Assembly: GCA_963663865.1 (NCBI GenBank) | Contig: OY760686.1 | Span: forward strand, 896,001 to 960,000 | Origin: Spirochaetota bacterium | GTDB lineage: Bacteria > Spirochaetota > UBA4802 > UBA5550 | Direction: 5' to 3' | Length of the DNA stretch: 64,000 nt | In this document: one piece after another, positions 36,892 through 46,250 of the stretch | How the letters are laid out: each line of letters starts with the position of its first letter | How positions within the stretch are numbered: the stretch's first letter is position 1 | Made by a program: the position numbers and the translations under genes | Notes under the pieces: model-generated | Told to the model about the DNA's origin: nothing | Seen by the model: only the letters and a program-made list of their open reading frames with translations | Database searches by the model: none

Positions 36892-38253
36892 ATGAATTTG
36901 AACAAATGGGCACGTGAGAGCTGGAGAGAGTTTCCGGCTCTCCAGCAGCCCGCCTATGTTGATTCCGGTTCTCTTGCCGGGGTGAGGGCAAAGCTGGAGA
37001 AACTTCCGCCTCTTGTCCTTCCCGCGGAAATAGACAGGCTCAAAGGCCTGACAGCGGCAGCATCAGCCGGGAAGTCCTTCATTCTGCAGGGCGGTGACTG
37101 TGCTGAACGATTTGAAGATTGCGAAGCGGACTTAATCGCAAACAAGATTAAGATTATGCTCCAAATGAGCCTCATCCTGACGTTTGGGGCCAGAAAACCG
37201 GTGATAAGGCTTGGCAGAATTGCCGGACAGTACTCCAAACCGCGTTCGCAGCCGACAGAAAAAACGCCTTTTGGCGAGCTGTCGTCATATAAAGGGGATG
37301 CCGTAAATTCTCATGTCCAGACCGCTGAAGGGCGAAGCCCTGATCCTGAAAGACTGGTAAGCGCATATTTTCACTCATCGGCGACGCTTAACTATATCAG
37401 GGGGCTTCTTGAGAGCGGATTTGCTGATCTCCATAACCCGTATTCGTGGAACCTGCACTCAATAGAAGAATCCGATGCATGGCCCCGCTACAGCAGAATT
37501 GTGAACGGTATTGTTGACGCTGTGAGTTTTATGGAATCCTTCGGAGGGCTCAATCCTGACATTGTCGCAAGGGCAGAGTTTTACACCTCACATGAAGGGC
37601 TTGTCCTGGAGTACGAAGAGGCTATGACCAGGTTCGATGCGGGGTCGGGAAGATGGTACAATGCCGGAGCACATATGCTCTGGATAGGCGAAAGGACAAG
37701 ACAGATTGATGGCGCCCATGCCGAGTACTTCAGGGGAATTGCCAATCCTATCGGAATAAAGGCAGGGCCTGACGCTGATCCGCATGAGCTGGAGGAGCTA
37801 ATTGGCAGGCTTAATCCTTCGAATGAAGACGGACGTATTACACTGATAACCAGAATGGGAGATAATCTTGTTGCCGAGAGGCTGCCCGGGATTCTTAAGC
37901 ATCTGTCAAAGTCAAATCTCAGAATTACATATAGCTGCGATCCAATGCACGGGAATATATACAGCACGGACGAGTGCATCAAGACAAGGGATTTCAACAG
38001 AATAATGTCTGAACTGAGCTCATCCTTCAGAATACACAGTGAAACAGGCCTCAGGCTGGCAGGAGTACACTTCGAACTGACCGGAGACGATGTAACAGAA
38101 TGCGTAGGCGGATCATCAGGAATAAGCCATTCAGACCTTGCCACAAACTATCAGAGCTTCTGTGACCCCAGGTTAAATTGTTCACAGAGCCTCGAAATGG
38201 CGCTGTTGATAGCCGAACTGCTTTCAGCTGATAATGGATGTTTGCGCGGTTAA
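36892..38253 (+). CDS. class II DAHP synthase
   Basis: LQGGDCAE, GRIAGQYSKPRS, TSHE.L, LWIGERTRQ, CDPMHGN, GVHFELTG and CDPRLN motifs. Confidence 0.95.
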   Translation: MNLNKWARESWREFPALQQPAYVDSGSLAGVRAKLEKLPPLVLPAEIDRLKGLTAAASAGKSFILQGGDCAERFEDCEADLIANKIKIMLQMSLILTFGARKPVIRLGRIAGQYSKPRSQPTEKTPFGELSSYKGDAVNSHVQTAEGRSPDPERLVSAYFHSSATLNYIRGLLESGFADLHNPYSWNLHSIEESDAWPRYSRIVNGIVDAVSFMESFGGLNPDIVARAEFYTSHEGLVLEYEEAMTRFDAGSGRWYNAGAHMLWIGERTRQIDGAHAEYFRGIANPIGIKAGPDADPHELEELIGRLNPSNEDGRITLITRMGDNLVAERLPGILKHLSKSNLRITYSCDPMHGNIYSTDECIKTRDFNRIMSELSSSFRIHSETGLRLAGVHFELTGDDVTECVGGSSGISHSDLATNYQSFCDPRLNCSQSLEMALLIAELLSADNGCLRG

Positions 38254-38372
38254 TAACAGCCGAGCTGTAAATATACTAATATAGTAATCAACCTGCGGGC
38301 TTTGTACACCGTCAGCTCTGATTAGACAGTGAAAATACAATGCCAACGCGTGTCTCCATTATCCCCCATAAA

Positions 38373-38429
38373 TTTACACAATCGTAACAGAGAACGCTCC
38401 GTTTTTTTAATGTGTTACATCGCTGTTAA
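38373..38429 (+). promoter_or_regulatory. two pairs of 11-bp-spaced direct repeats upstream of amtB
   Basis: TTTAC-N6-GTAAC (38373-38388) and GTTAC-N6-GTTAA (38414-38429). Confidence 0.4.
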
Positions 38430-38520
38430 ATTCCCGCAATAAACAGGCCCGGCGAAGATTCCAATCTTGACAGTGTTTACATAAAAACATATCCGCTTTA
38501 TAAAACATAAGCGGAGGCTA

Positions 38521-39741
38521 TTGATGATAAACTATGTAGATACGGCGTGGATGCTCGTTGCAACGTCGCTTGTAATGATTATGACGCCGACACTTGCTTT
38601 CTTTTACGGCGGCCTTGTCCGAAAAAAAAATATACTGTCGGTGCTTATGCAGACGATGGTTATTCTCGGTGTCGTCTCTTTACAATGGGTCCTTTTTGGA
38701 TACAGCCTTTCTTTCGGATCTGATATCGGAGGTGTGATAGGCGGCCTCAACCATCTTGCTCTTAAGGGAGTGGGAATGCAGCCTCTTGAAGGACAGACTA
38801 TCCCTCACCAGCTATTTATGATGTTTCAAATGATGTTTGCGGTAATTACGCCGGCACTCATCGTGGGGGCTTTTGTTGAACGGATTAAGTTTTCCGGCTT
38901 TCTGTTATTCGTAATTCTGTGGACAACATTAATCTATGATCCTATGGCTCACATGGTCTGGTCTCCGGAAGGATGGCTTTACAAGCTCGGTGCGCTTGAC
39001 TTTGCTGGAGGTACAGTAATACATATTACCGCAGGTGTTACGGCGCTTGTCATGTCCCTTATGCTCGGGAAAAGAAGGGGGTGCGGTATGGGAAGTTCGC
39101 CTCACAACCTTCCGCTTTCAGTACTCGGAGCAGGATTCCTGTGGTTCGGCTGGTTCGGATTCAACGCCGGCAGCGCTCTCGGTGTCTCGGTACAAACAGT
39201 TTCGGCATTTGTTAATACAAATACAGCGGCAGCAGCCGGTGCAGTGTCATGGATGATTATTGACTGGGCGGTGCATTCAAAGCCGACTGTCCTCGGAGTT
39301 ATTACTGGAATCGTTGCGGGGCTCGTTGCAGTAACTCCGGCTGCCGGATTTGTAACCCCGGTTTCATCTATTTTCATTGGAATTGGCGGAAGCCTCTGCG
39401 GTTTCTTCTTTGTCTCAGTTGTTAAGAAAAAGTTCGGATATGATGATTCGCTGGATGTCTTTGGAGTTCACGGCGTAGCTGGAATTTTCGGCGCCGTAGC
39501 TACCGGAGTATTTGCAGATAAATCTGTGGGCGGAGTTGACGGGCTTATAAACGGTAATCTTCATCAGTTTGGCATTCAGATTCTCGCGGCCGGTGTCGCT
39601 ATAGTTTTCGCCGCGGTCGGAACTGTAATCATCTACAAAATAGTGGATATGATCACTGGGATGAGGGTCGAAGTCAGAGATGAACAGCTCGGCCTTGATT
39701 TGTCACAGCACCGGGAAGCTGGATACACATTAATAGACTGA
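38521..39741 (+). CDS. amtB: ammonium transporter
   Basis: [49 protein letters not shown]; both His conserved. Confidence 0.97.
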   Translation: MMINYVDTAWMLVATSLVMIMTPTLAFFYGGLVRKKNILSVLMQTMVILGVVSLQWVLFGYSLSFGSDIGGVIGGLNHLALKGVGMQPLEGQTIPHQLFMMFQMMFAVITPALIVGAFVERIKFSGFLLFVILWTTLIYDPMAHMVWSPEGWLYKLGALDFAGGTVIHITAGVTALVMSLMLGKRRGCGMGSSPHNLPLSVLGAGFLWFGWFGFNAGSALGVSVQTVSAFVNTNTAAAAGAVSWMIIDWAVHSKPTVLGVITGIVAGLVAVTPAAGFVTPVSSIFIGIGGSLCGFFFVSVVKKKFGYDDSLDVFGVHGVAGIFGAVATGVFADKSVGGVDGLINGNLHQFGIQILAAGVAIVFAAVGTVIIYKIVDMITGMRVEVRDEQLGLDLSQHREAGYTLID

Positions 39742-39754
39742 CAGGAGATTAAAT

Positions 39755-40096
39755 ATGAAATATGTTATAGCTGTAATAAGGCCTCACAAGCTTGAAGATG
39801 TGAAGGCTGAACTTGACAAAGTTCAGGTCCACCTGATGACGGTTTCAGAGGTGCTTGGATGCGGCCGGCAGAAGGGTGTGACAGAAGTCTACAGAGGGCT
39901 CAAGGAAGTAAGCAATCTGCTTCACAAGGTGAAGATAGAAATCGCTGTTAACAATGAGTTTCTTGAGAAAACAATTGAAGCTATTGAAAAGGGAGCGGGT
40001 GAAGGTGAAATCGGAGATGGTAAGATATTCATATTTAACATGGAAGACTGTATCAGAATAAGGACCCATGAAAGAGGCAAGCTCGCTATCGGATAA
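39755..40096 (+). CDS. glnK: P-II nitrogen regulatory protein
   Basis: AVIRP.KL, GRQKG..EVYRG, GDGKIFI, IRIRT.ERG; linked to amtB. Confidence 0.93.
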   Translation: MKYVIAVIRPHKLEDVKAELDKVQVHLMTVSEVLGCGRQKGVTEVYRGLKEVSNLLHKVKIEIAVNNEFLEKTIEAIEKGAGEGEIGDGKIFIFNMEDCIRIRTHERGKLAIG

Positions 40097-40118
40097 TTAA
40101 AACACTGTTTGTGATGCA

Positions 40119-40148
40119 AAAAAGGGAAGGCCTATACCTTCCCTTTTT
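40119..40148 (+). terminator. intrinsic terminator after glnK
   Basis: AAAAAGGGAAGG-cctata-CCTTCCCTTTTT. Confidence 0.85.
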
Positions 40149-40161
40149 AACTTGACATGAC

Positions 40162-40845
40162 ATGTGTGAATTTCATTATTCAAACCGTGATAAAATAATG
40201 AAAAATGCATTGATAAAAGTATTAAAAATATCAGGAGCAGCCCTTACGGCGCTGCTTCTCGTAATCATTGTTTTCGACCTGTGGATAAGCCTGGCTTCCC
40301 GGCAGTATCTTTACGATGAAATTTCGTCTATTCCAAACAACCGCGTAGGCCTTCTGCTGGGCACAAGCCAGTTTCTTAAAACCGGGATACGGAATCCTTA
40401 TTTTGAAAACAGAATTCAGGCCGCGGCCGATCTCTATAAAGAGGGCAAGATAAGGTATGTTATAGCAAGCGGTGATAACAGGGAAATGTACTACAATGAG
40501 CCCAGGAAGATGAAGGAGGCCCTGCTTAAAGTGGGAATCCCTGAAAGGGCGATTATTCAGGATTTCGCGGGCCTGAGGACTCTTGATTCTGTTATAAGGT
40601 GCAGCCGAGTGTTTGGTCAGGAAAAGTTCACTGTTATTTCGCAGAAGTTTCATAATGAGAGGGCGGTCTTTATTGCCCGTCGAAATGGAATAAAGGCAAT
40701 TGCTTTCAACGCGGAAGAAGTGGATTTTCCGGAATCGGTAAGGACTGGATTAAGGGAGTACCTTGCCAGGTTTAAGGCCGTGCTTGATGTTTTTATCCTT
40801 GCTAAGGAGCCCCGGCATCTGGGAGAGAAGATTGAAATTAAATAG
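40162..40845 (+). CDS. sanA: SanA/YdcF (DUF218) family protein
   Basis: GLLLGT, SGDN..YNEP..M, DFAGLRTLDS, SQKFHNERA, REYLAR; start probably MKNAL. Confidence 0.9.
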   Translation: MCEFHYSNRDKIMKNALIKVLKISGAALTALLLVIIVFDLWISLASRQYLYDEISSIPNNRVGLLLGTSQFLKTGIRNPYFENRIQAAADLYKEGKIRYVIASGDNREMYYNEPRKMKEALLKVGIPERAIIQDFAGLRTLDSVIRCSRVFGQEKFTVISQKFHNERAVFIARRNGIKAIAFNAEEVDFPESVRTGLREYLARFKAVLDVFILAKEPRHLGEKIEIK

Positions 40846-40889
40846 AGACGTAATGCAGCGCATGTCTCCGCTCAGCTCCCGGTATTTCA

Positions 40890-43337
40890 TCACTTGATTT
40901 CAATAAGATAGGGCATCATTGTGATTGTGCCTTCCCCGAGCAGCTTGAAATCAGAGGATGTTTTTTCAATTAGACGGATGAGTTCTTTGCTGCCTTTAAA
41001 CGCTCCCGGCATAATGAAGCCTGTGAGTTCAAGCGATGTTTTTTCCGGCCATATTCTTACTTCAAAGCCGGGGCCAGTTTGAGCAAGTGATGCAGCGTAT
41101 GCCACAGAGGCGGTCAGGCCTCCATGTTCATCGATCAGGCCGGCTTTTAATGCCTGACTTCCGCTGAATACCCGTCCTCCGGCTATCGCATCAATTTTGT
41201 TTTCCGGAATATCTCTCGCCTCAGAAACGAGTTTTGTGAATCGTTCATATATAAAGTCGACGGATTTCTGTATATTGCGGGCTTCTGCGACGCTTAGCCC
41301 CCTTGATTCAGAATACATATCGGCAAAGGGGCTAAGCTTGAAGGTCTCCTTGTTTATGCCCGCGCGACTATACAGCTCGTTGAGGTCGAGTTTGCCCGAT
41401 ATTACGCCTATTGAACCTGTTACAGAAACCGGGCTGGCGAAAACCCTGTCGCCGGTGCAGGCGACAAGATAACCGCCGGAGGCTGCGGTATTGCCGAACG
41501 AGAAGACTACCGGTTTCCCGGTACTTTTTTTGAGACGTAAAATATCACGAAGCATTTCATTTGAGGCCGAGGCCGAACCGCCACCCGAGTCAACGCGTAT
41601 AACGGCGGCCTTTACAGCCGGGTTGGAGAACGCGGCTTCGAGGCTTTTCCTGAAATCTTCAGCGCCGGTAGATGATGAGAATGGAGATGCCTTCCCGTTT
41701 ACTATTGATCCAGTGAGGCATATCACCGCGATTGTTTTACCGAATCCCCAGGCCTTCGGGCTTTGAACCTCAGCTGCATAATCCTCAATGTCAATTATAA
41801 CGGGGCTGGTGTCAAACGAGTTGAAGTAATCTTCAGGGTGAGAGACGCTGTCGGCAAAACCTGCCTTAACAGCTTCCTCCGGTGAGATATAGCCTGAGGC
41901 GAAGAGCGATTCAATCTCATGATGCGGCCTGTTTCTGCCTTCAGAAATGCGTTTTACGTATTGAGTGTTAATATTCTCAAGAAGAGAAGTTAGATTTTCT
42001 CTTGCCGGTTCTGACATCCGTTCAAGAGTAAGGGGTTCAAAGGCTGATTTGTACTTACCCTGTCTGAAAACATGGAAGCGGGCGCCGGCATTTTCAAGCA
42101 GGCCTTTGAGAAAGTAGACATTGGCAGAAAGGGCGTTAAGTGAAAATGGAGAATCCGGATCGACAAGAATCCTGTCAGACTTGCAGCATATATAGTAGGC
42201 TCTGTTTGAAGGCGCGGATATATATGAATAAAGCTTTTTGCCTCTGCTCTGGAAATAGTCAAGACCTTCGGCAAGCTCACAGCTTTGTCCGAATGACGGA
42301 GCATCTCCCGAGGCGAATATGACGATTCCGCTGATTGAAGCATCGTCTGCTGCTCTTCTGATGGCCGCCGCGGCGGCGTGGAAAGACATTACACGGTTCT
42401 CAAAGATACCTTGAGAAGGGGCTTCTTCCATCTCACCGGTGAGCCTGATTCTGAGAAAGGTATTGTTCGAAGCAAAAGTCAGCGCTCCCGGATTGTTGTC
42501 GAAAGTCATCTCAACCCCGATAGAATGCAGCGGCGCTGGAGTTCCTTCAGAGTAACGGTAAGAAGATGTGAGAGTGGAGACGCTGCTGCCGCGGAAAACT
42601 ATGGGTGCGGAAAGACCGAAAGAGAAGTTGAAATCCGAGTCGGTTTTTAAAGCGAGTGAGACGTTCCAGGGAAGAAGCAGTCTTGTGTGATAAAACATAT
42701 CGGGATTGTCATGACCGCCGAGAAATACCGCGTCGGCTCCCAGGACCACCCTGCCGTTGAATGTTTTAAGCGCTGCAGAGAGAGTGTGCTTCTTTTCGGC
42801 CTTGAGTTCAGGGCTGCCTGTATCTGGCGAACTGTACGCGTATCCGAGAGAGAGGCTTTCCAATGGCCTGAAAAGCATGCCGGCAGTTAATGACCGGTAG
42901 CCCGAGTATTCAGAAGGTCCTCCTGCCGCGAATGAGAAACCGGCGCCGAAGCCAAAGGCCCGGTTGAGAAAGAAGCCCCTCCCGAGGCTGAACAGGTTCG
43001 ACGATGCCTCGACGGCTCTGTCGTTGTATGGGTAAAGTTGTTCTGTGCGCGAGTAGTGGAACGAAAAGCCTAAAATCCTCAGAAGAAAGTGATGATTGGC
43101 ATCTTTCATATCCCCTGAAAATGCCGCGCTGTAGGCGGCGCCGTTAACCGGCGACGGCCCCGGCAGAGCCGGATTGAGAAGAGACGAGAACGCTCCCGAT
43201 TCCTGATAAGCGGCCGAAGTCGGTGAGCCCGGTATGACAAATGGGTCGTGGATAGTACTGGACAGTAGAAGTTTCGGCATGAACAGCAATGCCGGCAATA
43301 TCATGATACCTATAGCAAGCGGTTTGCATTTCATCAA
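40890..43337 (-). CDS. sppA: signal peptide peptidase SppA (S49, two-domain form) with a long N-terminal beta-rich extension
   Basis: GKYKSA, RVDSGGGS, AASGGY, TGSIGV, GGRVFSG..A...GLIDE; signal peptide. Confidence 0.88.
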   Translation of the reverse strand: MMKCKPLAIGIMILPALLFMPKLLLSSTIHDPFVIPGSPTSAAYQESGAFSSLLNPALPGPSPVNGAAYSAAFSGDMKDANHHFLLRILGFSFHYSRTEQLYPYNDRAVEASSNLFSLGRGFFLNRAFGFGAGFSFAAGGPSEYSGYRSLTAGMLFRPLESLSLGYAYSSPDTGSPELKAEKKHTLSAALKTFNGRVVLGADAVFLGGHDNPDMFYHTRLLLPWNVSLALKTDSDFNFSFGLSAPIVFRGSSVSTLTSSYRYSEGTPAPLHSIGVEMTFDNNPGALTFASNNTFLRIRLTGEMEEAPSQGIFENRVMSFHAAAAAIRRAADDASISGIVIFASGDAPSFGQSCELAEGLDYFQSRGKKLYSYISAPSNRAYYICCKSDRILVDPDSPFSLNALSANVYFLKGLLENAGARFHVFRQGKYKSAFEPLTLERMSEPARENLTSLLENINTQYVKRISEGRNRPHHEIESLFASGYISPEEAVKAGFADSVSHPEDYFNSFDTSPVIIDIEDYAAEVQSPKAWGFGKTIAVICLTGSIVNGKASPFSSSTGAEDFRKSLEAAFSNPAVKAAVIRVDSGGGSASASNEMLRDILRLKKSTGKPVVFSFGNTAASGGYLVACTGDRVFASPVSVTGSIGVISGKLDLNELYSRAGINKETFKLSPFADMYSESRGLSVAEARNIQKSVDFIYERFTKLVSEARDIPENKIDAIAGGRVFSGSQALKAGLIDEHGGLTASVAYAASLAQTGPGFEVRIWPEKTSLELTGFIMPGAFKGSKELIRLIEKTSSDFKLLGEGTITMMPYLIEIK

Positions 43338-43374
43338 TATCTACCTCAATAAAAGAGAAGCCGGTCTGCGGCTA

Positions 43375-43989
43375 TTAGTTTTTCGGGCGGATAAAGCCCG
43401 CAGTATAATCCTCTACAATTTTAGCGTGTACGCTTTCAATGCTGTCAGAACCATTAATGACAAAAAAACTCTCGTCCGCGAGGGAAAGATATATCTCCCT
43501 TACTGCGCGAAGAAAGTCCGCCTTTTCAAAGGAATCAGAAACGCCGTCAGATCTCTTCCTTATCCGCTCCATTGAGACTTCTGTGTCAACGTCGATAAGA
43601 TAGACGCGGTCGGGTATGGGAAATCTGTTTCGAAGGTTAAGGTCGATTATTTCTAAAGGCGGGAAGCCCATTGCACCCTGATACGCTGCGTTGGAGTGAT
43701 AATATCGGTCCATGACTACGGTGACACCCTTTTGCAGAGCAGGCATAATATTTGTCTTGACGTCGAATTCTCTGTCTTTCAGAAAAAGCTCCATCATCTG
43801 TTCAAGGCGGGGCGCTCTGTCATGAGCCAGCGCCGCTCTTATCGATTTGCCCCACTGGCTCGAAGTAGGTTCCCGGAGAAATATCGAATCAGCGCCGTGC
43901 TCTCTCAGATACCGGTAAAACATCTCTGCCTGTGTGCTTTTCCCTGACCCGTCAATTCCTTCAAATGTGATAAATAAGGGCTTATTCAT
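43375..43989 (-). CDS. tmk: thymidylate kinase
   Basis: FEGIDGSGKST, REP, DRY..S..AYQG. Confidence 0.95.
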   Translation of the reverse strand: MNKPLFITFEGIDGSGKSTQAEMFYRYLREHGADSIFLREPTSSQWGKSIRAALAHDRAPRLEQMMELFLKDREFDVKTNIMPALQKGVTVVMDRYYHSNAAYQGAMGFPPLEIIDLNLRNRFPIPDRVYLIDVDTEVSMERIRKRSDGVSDSFEKADFLRAVREIYLSLADESFFVINGSDSIESVHAKIVEDYTAGFIRPKN

Positions 43990-44046
43990 TAAGTAAATCC
44001 TGGCTTTGATCGTTTAATAAAGGGAAACTGTCAGCAGTAACCTTTA

Positions 44047-45033
44047 TCAGCTCTGGGGTGAAGTCCTTTTGGAGGCCTTGATTAGCCTGTCCATAATAGC
44101 CAGACCGAGACCTTCAGCCGGGACCTCTTCGGCGATTATAACAGAAGGCCGCAAGGAGTCAAGTCGGTGAAGCTCAGAGAAAACAGCTGAAGCTGCCTCC
44201 CTGAGGTCTCCGCCTTGTGAAAGGAATCCGGTATTTGCTGTGATTCCTGCTGTTATGTCAACGGGCTTTGTGAAGAAAAGAAATGCCGCGTCCTTTATTG
44301 AAAGCATATCCCCGGTAATCTTTTTTACCAGCCTTAATGGCGTCATGGGCGAATAGTGATAGGGTAGTTGGCCGGGAGCCTCAGGTGTTTCTGATGCATT
44401 GGGGGTCAGCACCTTCAATCCTGTCGCTGCTTCAATCTCCTCTACAGAGATGCCGCCGGGCCTGAGCAAAAATATACCTGTTTTATCGGCCTTCACAATG
44501 GTGGATTCAACTCCCACCGGGCATGGACCGCCGTCTATAACAACCTCAATTTTACCGTCAAGCGCCTCTGCAACATGTGCCGCTGTCGTCGGACTCAGAC
44601 AGCCGAACGGGTTGGCGCTTGGAGCGGCAAGGGGTGTGCCGCACTTCTTTATGAGCCTGAGTGCAACATCATGGGCCGGCATTCTTACTGCTACCGTAGG
44701 GAGGCCTGATGTTACAATGTCAGGCACATCGGTATGTCTGGGCAGCACGAGTGTCAGTGGGCCTGGCCAGAATCTCTCTGCGAGCATTATGGCTTCAGGC
44801 GGGAATTCAGAGGAAAGTCTCTGGACTTCCTCAAGGCTGGAAATATGGCAAATAAGCGGATCGAAAAAGGGCCTGTTTTTTGCCTCAAATATCCCTGCGA
44901 TGCCTCTCCGGGAAAAGACGTCTGCCCCAAGGCCGTAAACGGTCTCCGTGGGGAAGGCCGCGAGACCGCCGGACTTTATTATTCCCGAGGCTAAAGTAAT
45001 ATTTTCATCTGTAGGTTTTAGTATCTTTATCAT
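44047..45033 (-). CDS. sua5: L-threonylcarbamoyladenylate synthase (Sua5 form)
   Basis: FPTETVYGLGA, KNRP..DPLI.H, WPGPLT, APSAN, GVESTI, LRPG, PGQ...HYSP, plus SUA5 C-domain. Confidence 0.95.
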   Translation of the reverse strand: MIKILKPTDENITLASGIIKSGGLAAFPTETVYGLGADVFSRRGIAGIFEAKNRPFFDPLICHISSLEEVQRLSSEFPPEAIMLAERFWPGPLTLVLPRHTDVPDIVTSGLPTVAVRMPAHDVALRLIKKCGTPLAAPSANPFGCLSPTTAAHVAEALDGKIEVVIDGGPCPVGVESTIVKADKTGIFLLRPGGISVEEIEAATGLKVLTPNASETPEAPGQLPYHYSPMTPLRLVKKITGDMLSIKDAAFLFFTKPVDITAGITANTGFLSQGGDLREAASAVFSELHRLDSLRPSVIIAEEVPAEGLGLAIMDRLIKASKRTSPQS

Positions 45034-45194
45034 TCTAAATACAATAAAAAGTGAATCTTAGGCGCCTGATTCTGGCGCCTGTTAAGCTGGACGTTCTGCA
45101 GGGCAGATACACGTGTCAGTTATGCTGATTACAGAAGACGTATTGTTGCTGTCAAACGTAAAAAAGCTGGAATTCTAAAAGGGTGATCTGAACA

Positions 45195-45265
45195 ACAGAA
45201 AGCCCGGCGCTAACCGGGCCCCTGCCAGTATGGAGGATTATTGAAAAAAACTCTGTTCTCTTATT
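45195..45265 (-). ncRNA. candidate small RNA with an anti-SD (CCUCC) seed
   Basis: Upstream TGTAAC-N16-GGTC ECF-type promoter; internal AAUCCUCCAU; GGCCCGG-UUAGCG-CCGGGCU hairpin plus U-rich tail. Confidence 0.5.
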
Positions 45266-45271
45266 TATTAT

Positions 45272-45297
45272 GACCCGCAAATGTGATAATGGTTACA
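45272..45297 (-). promoter_or_regulatory. ECF-sigma-type promoter
   Basis: TGTAAC (45297-45292), 16-nt spacer, GGTC (45275-45272). Confidence 0.5.
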
Positions 45298-45528
45298 AAA
45301 TTTTACAGTAATCAGGTAAAATATTCTTTACCTCTGAAGCTATGGGCTAATATTAGTAAATACGAGTTCCTGATTAAGATATTCAGGCATGTTGACGCTG
45401 TTTTCTTCATTGATTGACAGCCGATTGCCTCAATGCCTTCTTTCATGGAATTCTAAAAGAAAGAATAAATTGCTGTTCGCACCAAAGTGCAAGCTGCGGT
45501 ATAAATTCATAATCTTGCCTGGAAAATA

Positions 45529-45702
45529 ATGAAAGTTGAAGATTGCGTAAAATGTGAAGCACATGTTGAGCTTCTTTCAGATTCGGTACTCTGCCGTTAC
45601 CGTGATGAGATGACTCACCGTGTCATATCAAACGGTAAGGTCGTCGGCTGTCCCATCCAGCCCGAGAAGAAGGGGCTGCGCCTGTTCAGGAAGAACAAGT
45701 AG
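45529..45702 (+). CDS. small four-Cys protein (57 aa), absent from the ORF track
   Basis: MKVEDCVKCEAHVELLSDSVLCRYRDEMTHRVISNGKVVGCPIQPEKKGLRLFRKNK; stop 5 nt from the convergent tadA stop. Confidence 0.7.
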   Translation: MKVEDCVKCEAHVELLSDSVLCRYRDEMTHRVISNGKVVGCPIQPEKKGLRLFRKNK

Positions 45703-45707
45703 ACTAT

Positions 45708-46190
45708 TCATCTATTTTTAGATCTTTTTTCCTGGAAAAAACGCTTTATTATATCAGCTGTTTCCTGCTGAAGAAATCCAAAGTGAATCTCCGGAACGTG
45801 ATTCAGTAGTACGTTGCCGCATACGTTGAGCACGGTTCCGCAGGCTCCATATTTAATATCTCTTGCTCCTATGAAAACCCTTCTGATTCTGGCATGGACA
45901 ATCGCACCGGCGCACATACAGCAGGGTTCCTTGGTCACGTACATGTCGCAGCCTGTAAGCCTCTCGTTTCCGAGAACCCGGCAGGCTTCTTCAATAGCTG
46001 TGATCTCCGCGTGTCTGACAGGGTTATTCTCAATACGGTTTCTATTCCCCGCGGCGGAAATAACTTCCCCTTCTGAAACAATGACAGCGCCTACAGGAAT
46101 TTCGTCGAGGTCGCGCGATTTTTCAGCCTCGTTAAGCGCTATCCTCATAAATCCTGGATGGTCTGTTTCTGTTATATCTGTCTGTTCCAT
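45708..46190 (-). CDS. tadA: tRNA adenosine(34) deaminase
   Basis: EIPVGAVIV, HAE, EPCCMCAGAIVHARI, FFQEKR. Confidence 0.93.
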   Translation of the reverse strand: MEQTDITETDHPGFMRIALNEAEKSRDLDEIPVGAVIVSEGEVISAAGNRNRIENNPVRHAEITAIEEACRVLGNERLTGCDMYVTKEPCCMCAGAIVHARIRRVFIGARDIKYGACGTVLNVCGNVLLNHVPEIHFGFLQQETADIIKRFFQEKRSKNR

Positions 46191-46250
46191 ATTGGCTGCA
46201 GCCGGTGTGAGGTTATAACGGCAGCCGGAAATGGGCTGCCGTACAGAAAG

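Noticed and set aside
36564-36905. Antisense Phe/Ala-rich 113-aa ORF
   Set aside because: Mirror of the Lys/Ala repeat on the coding strand
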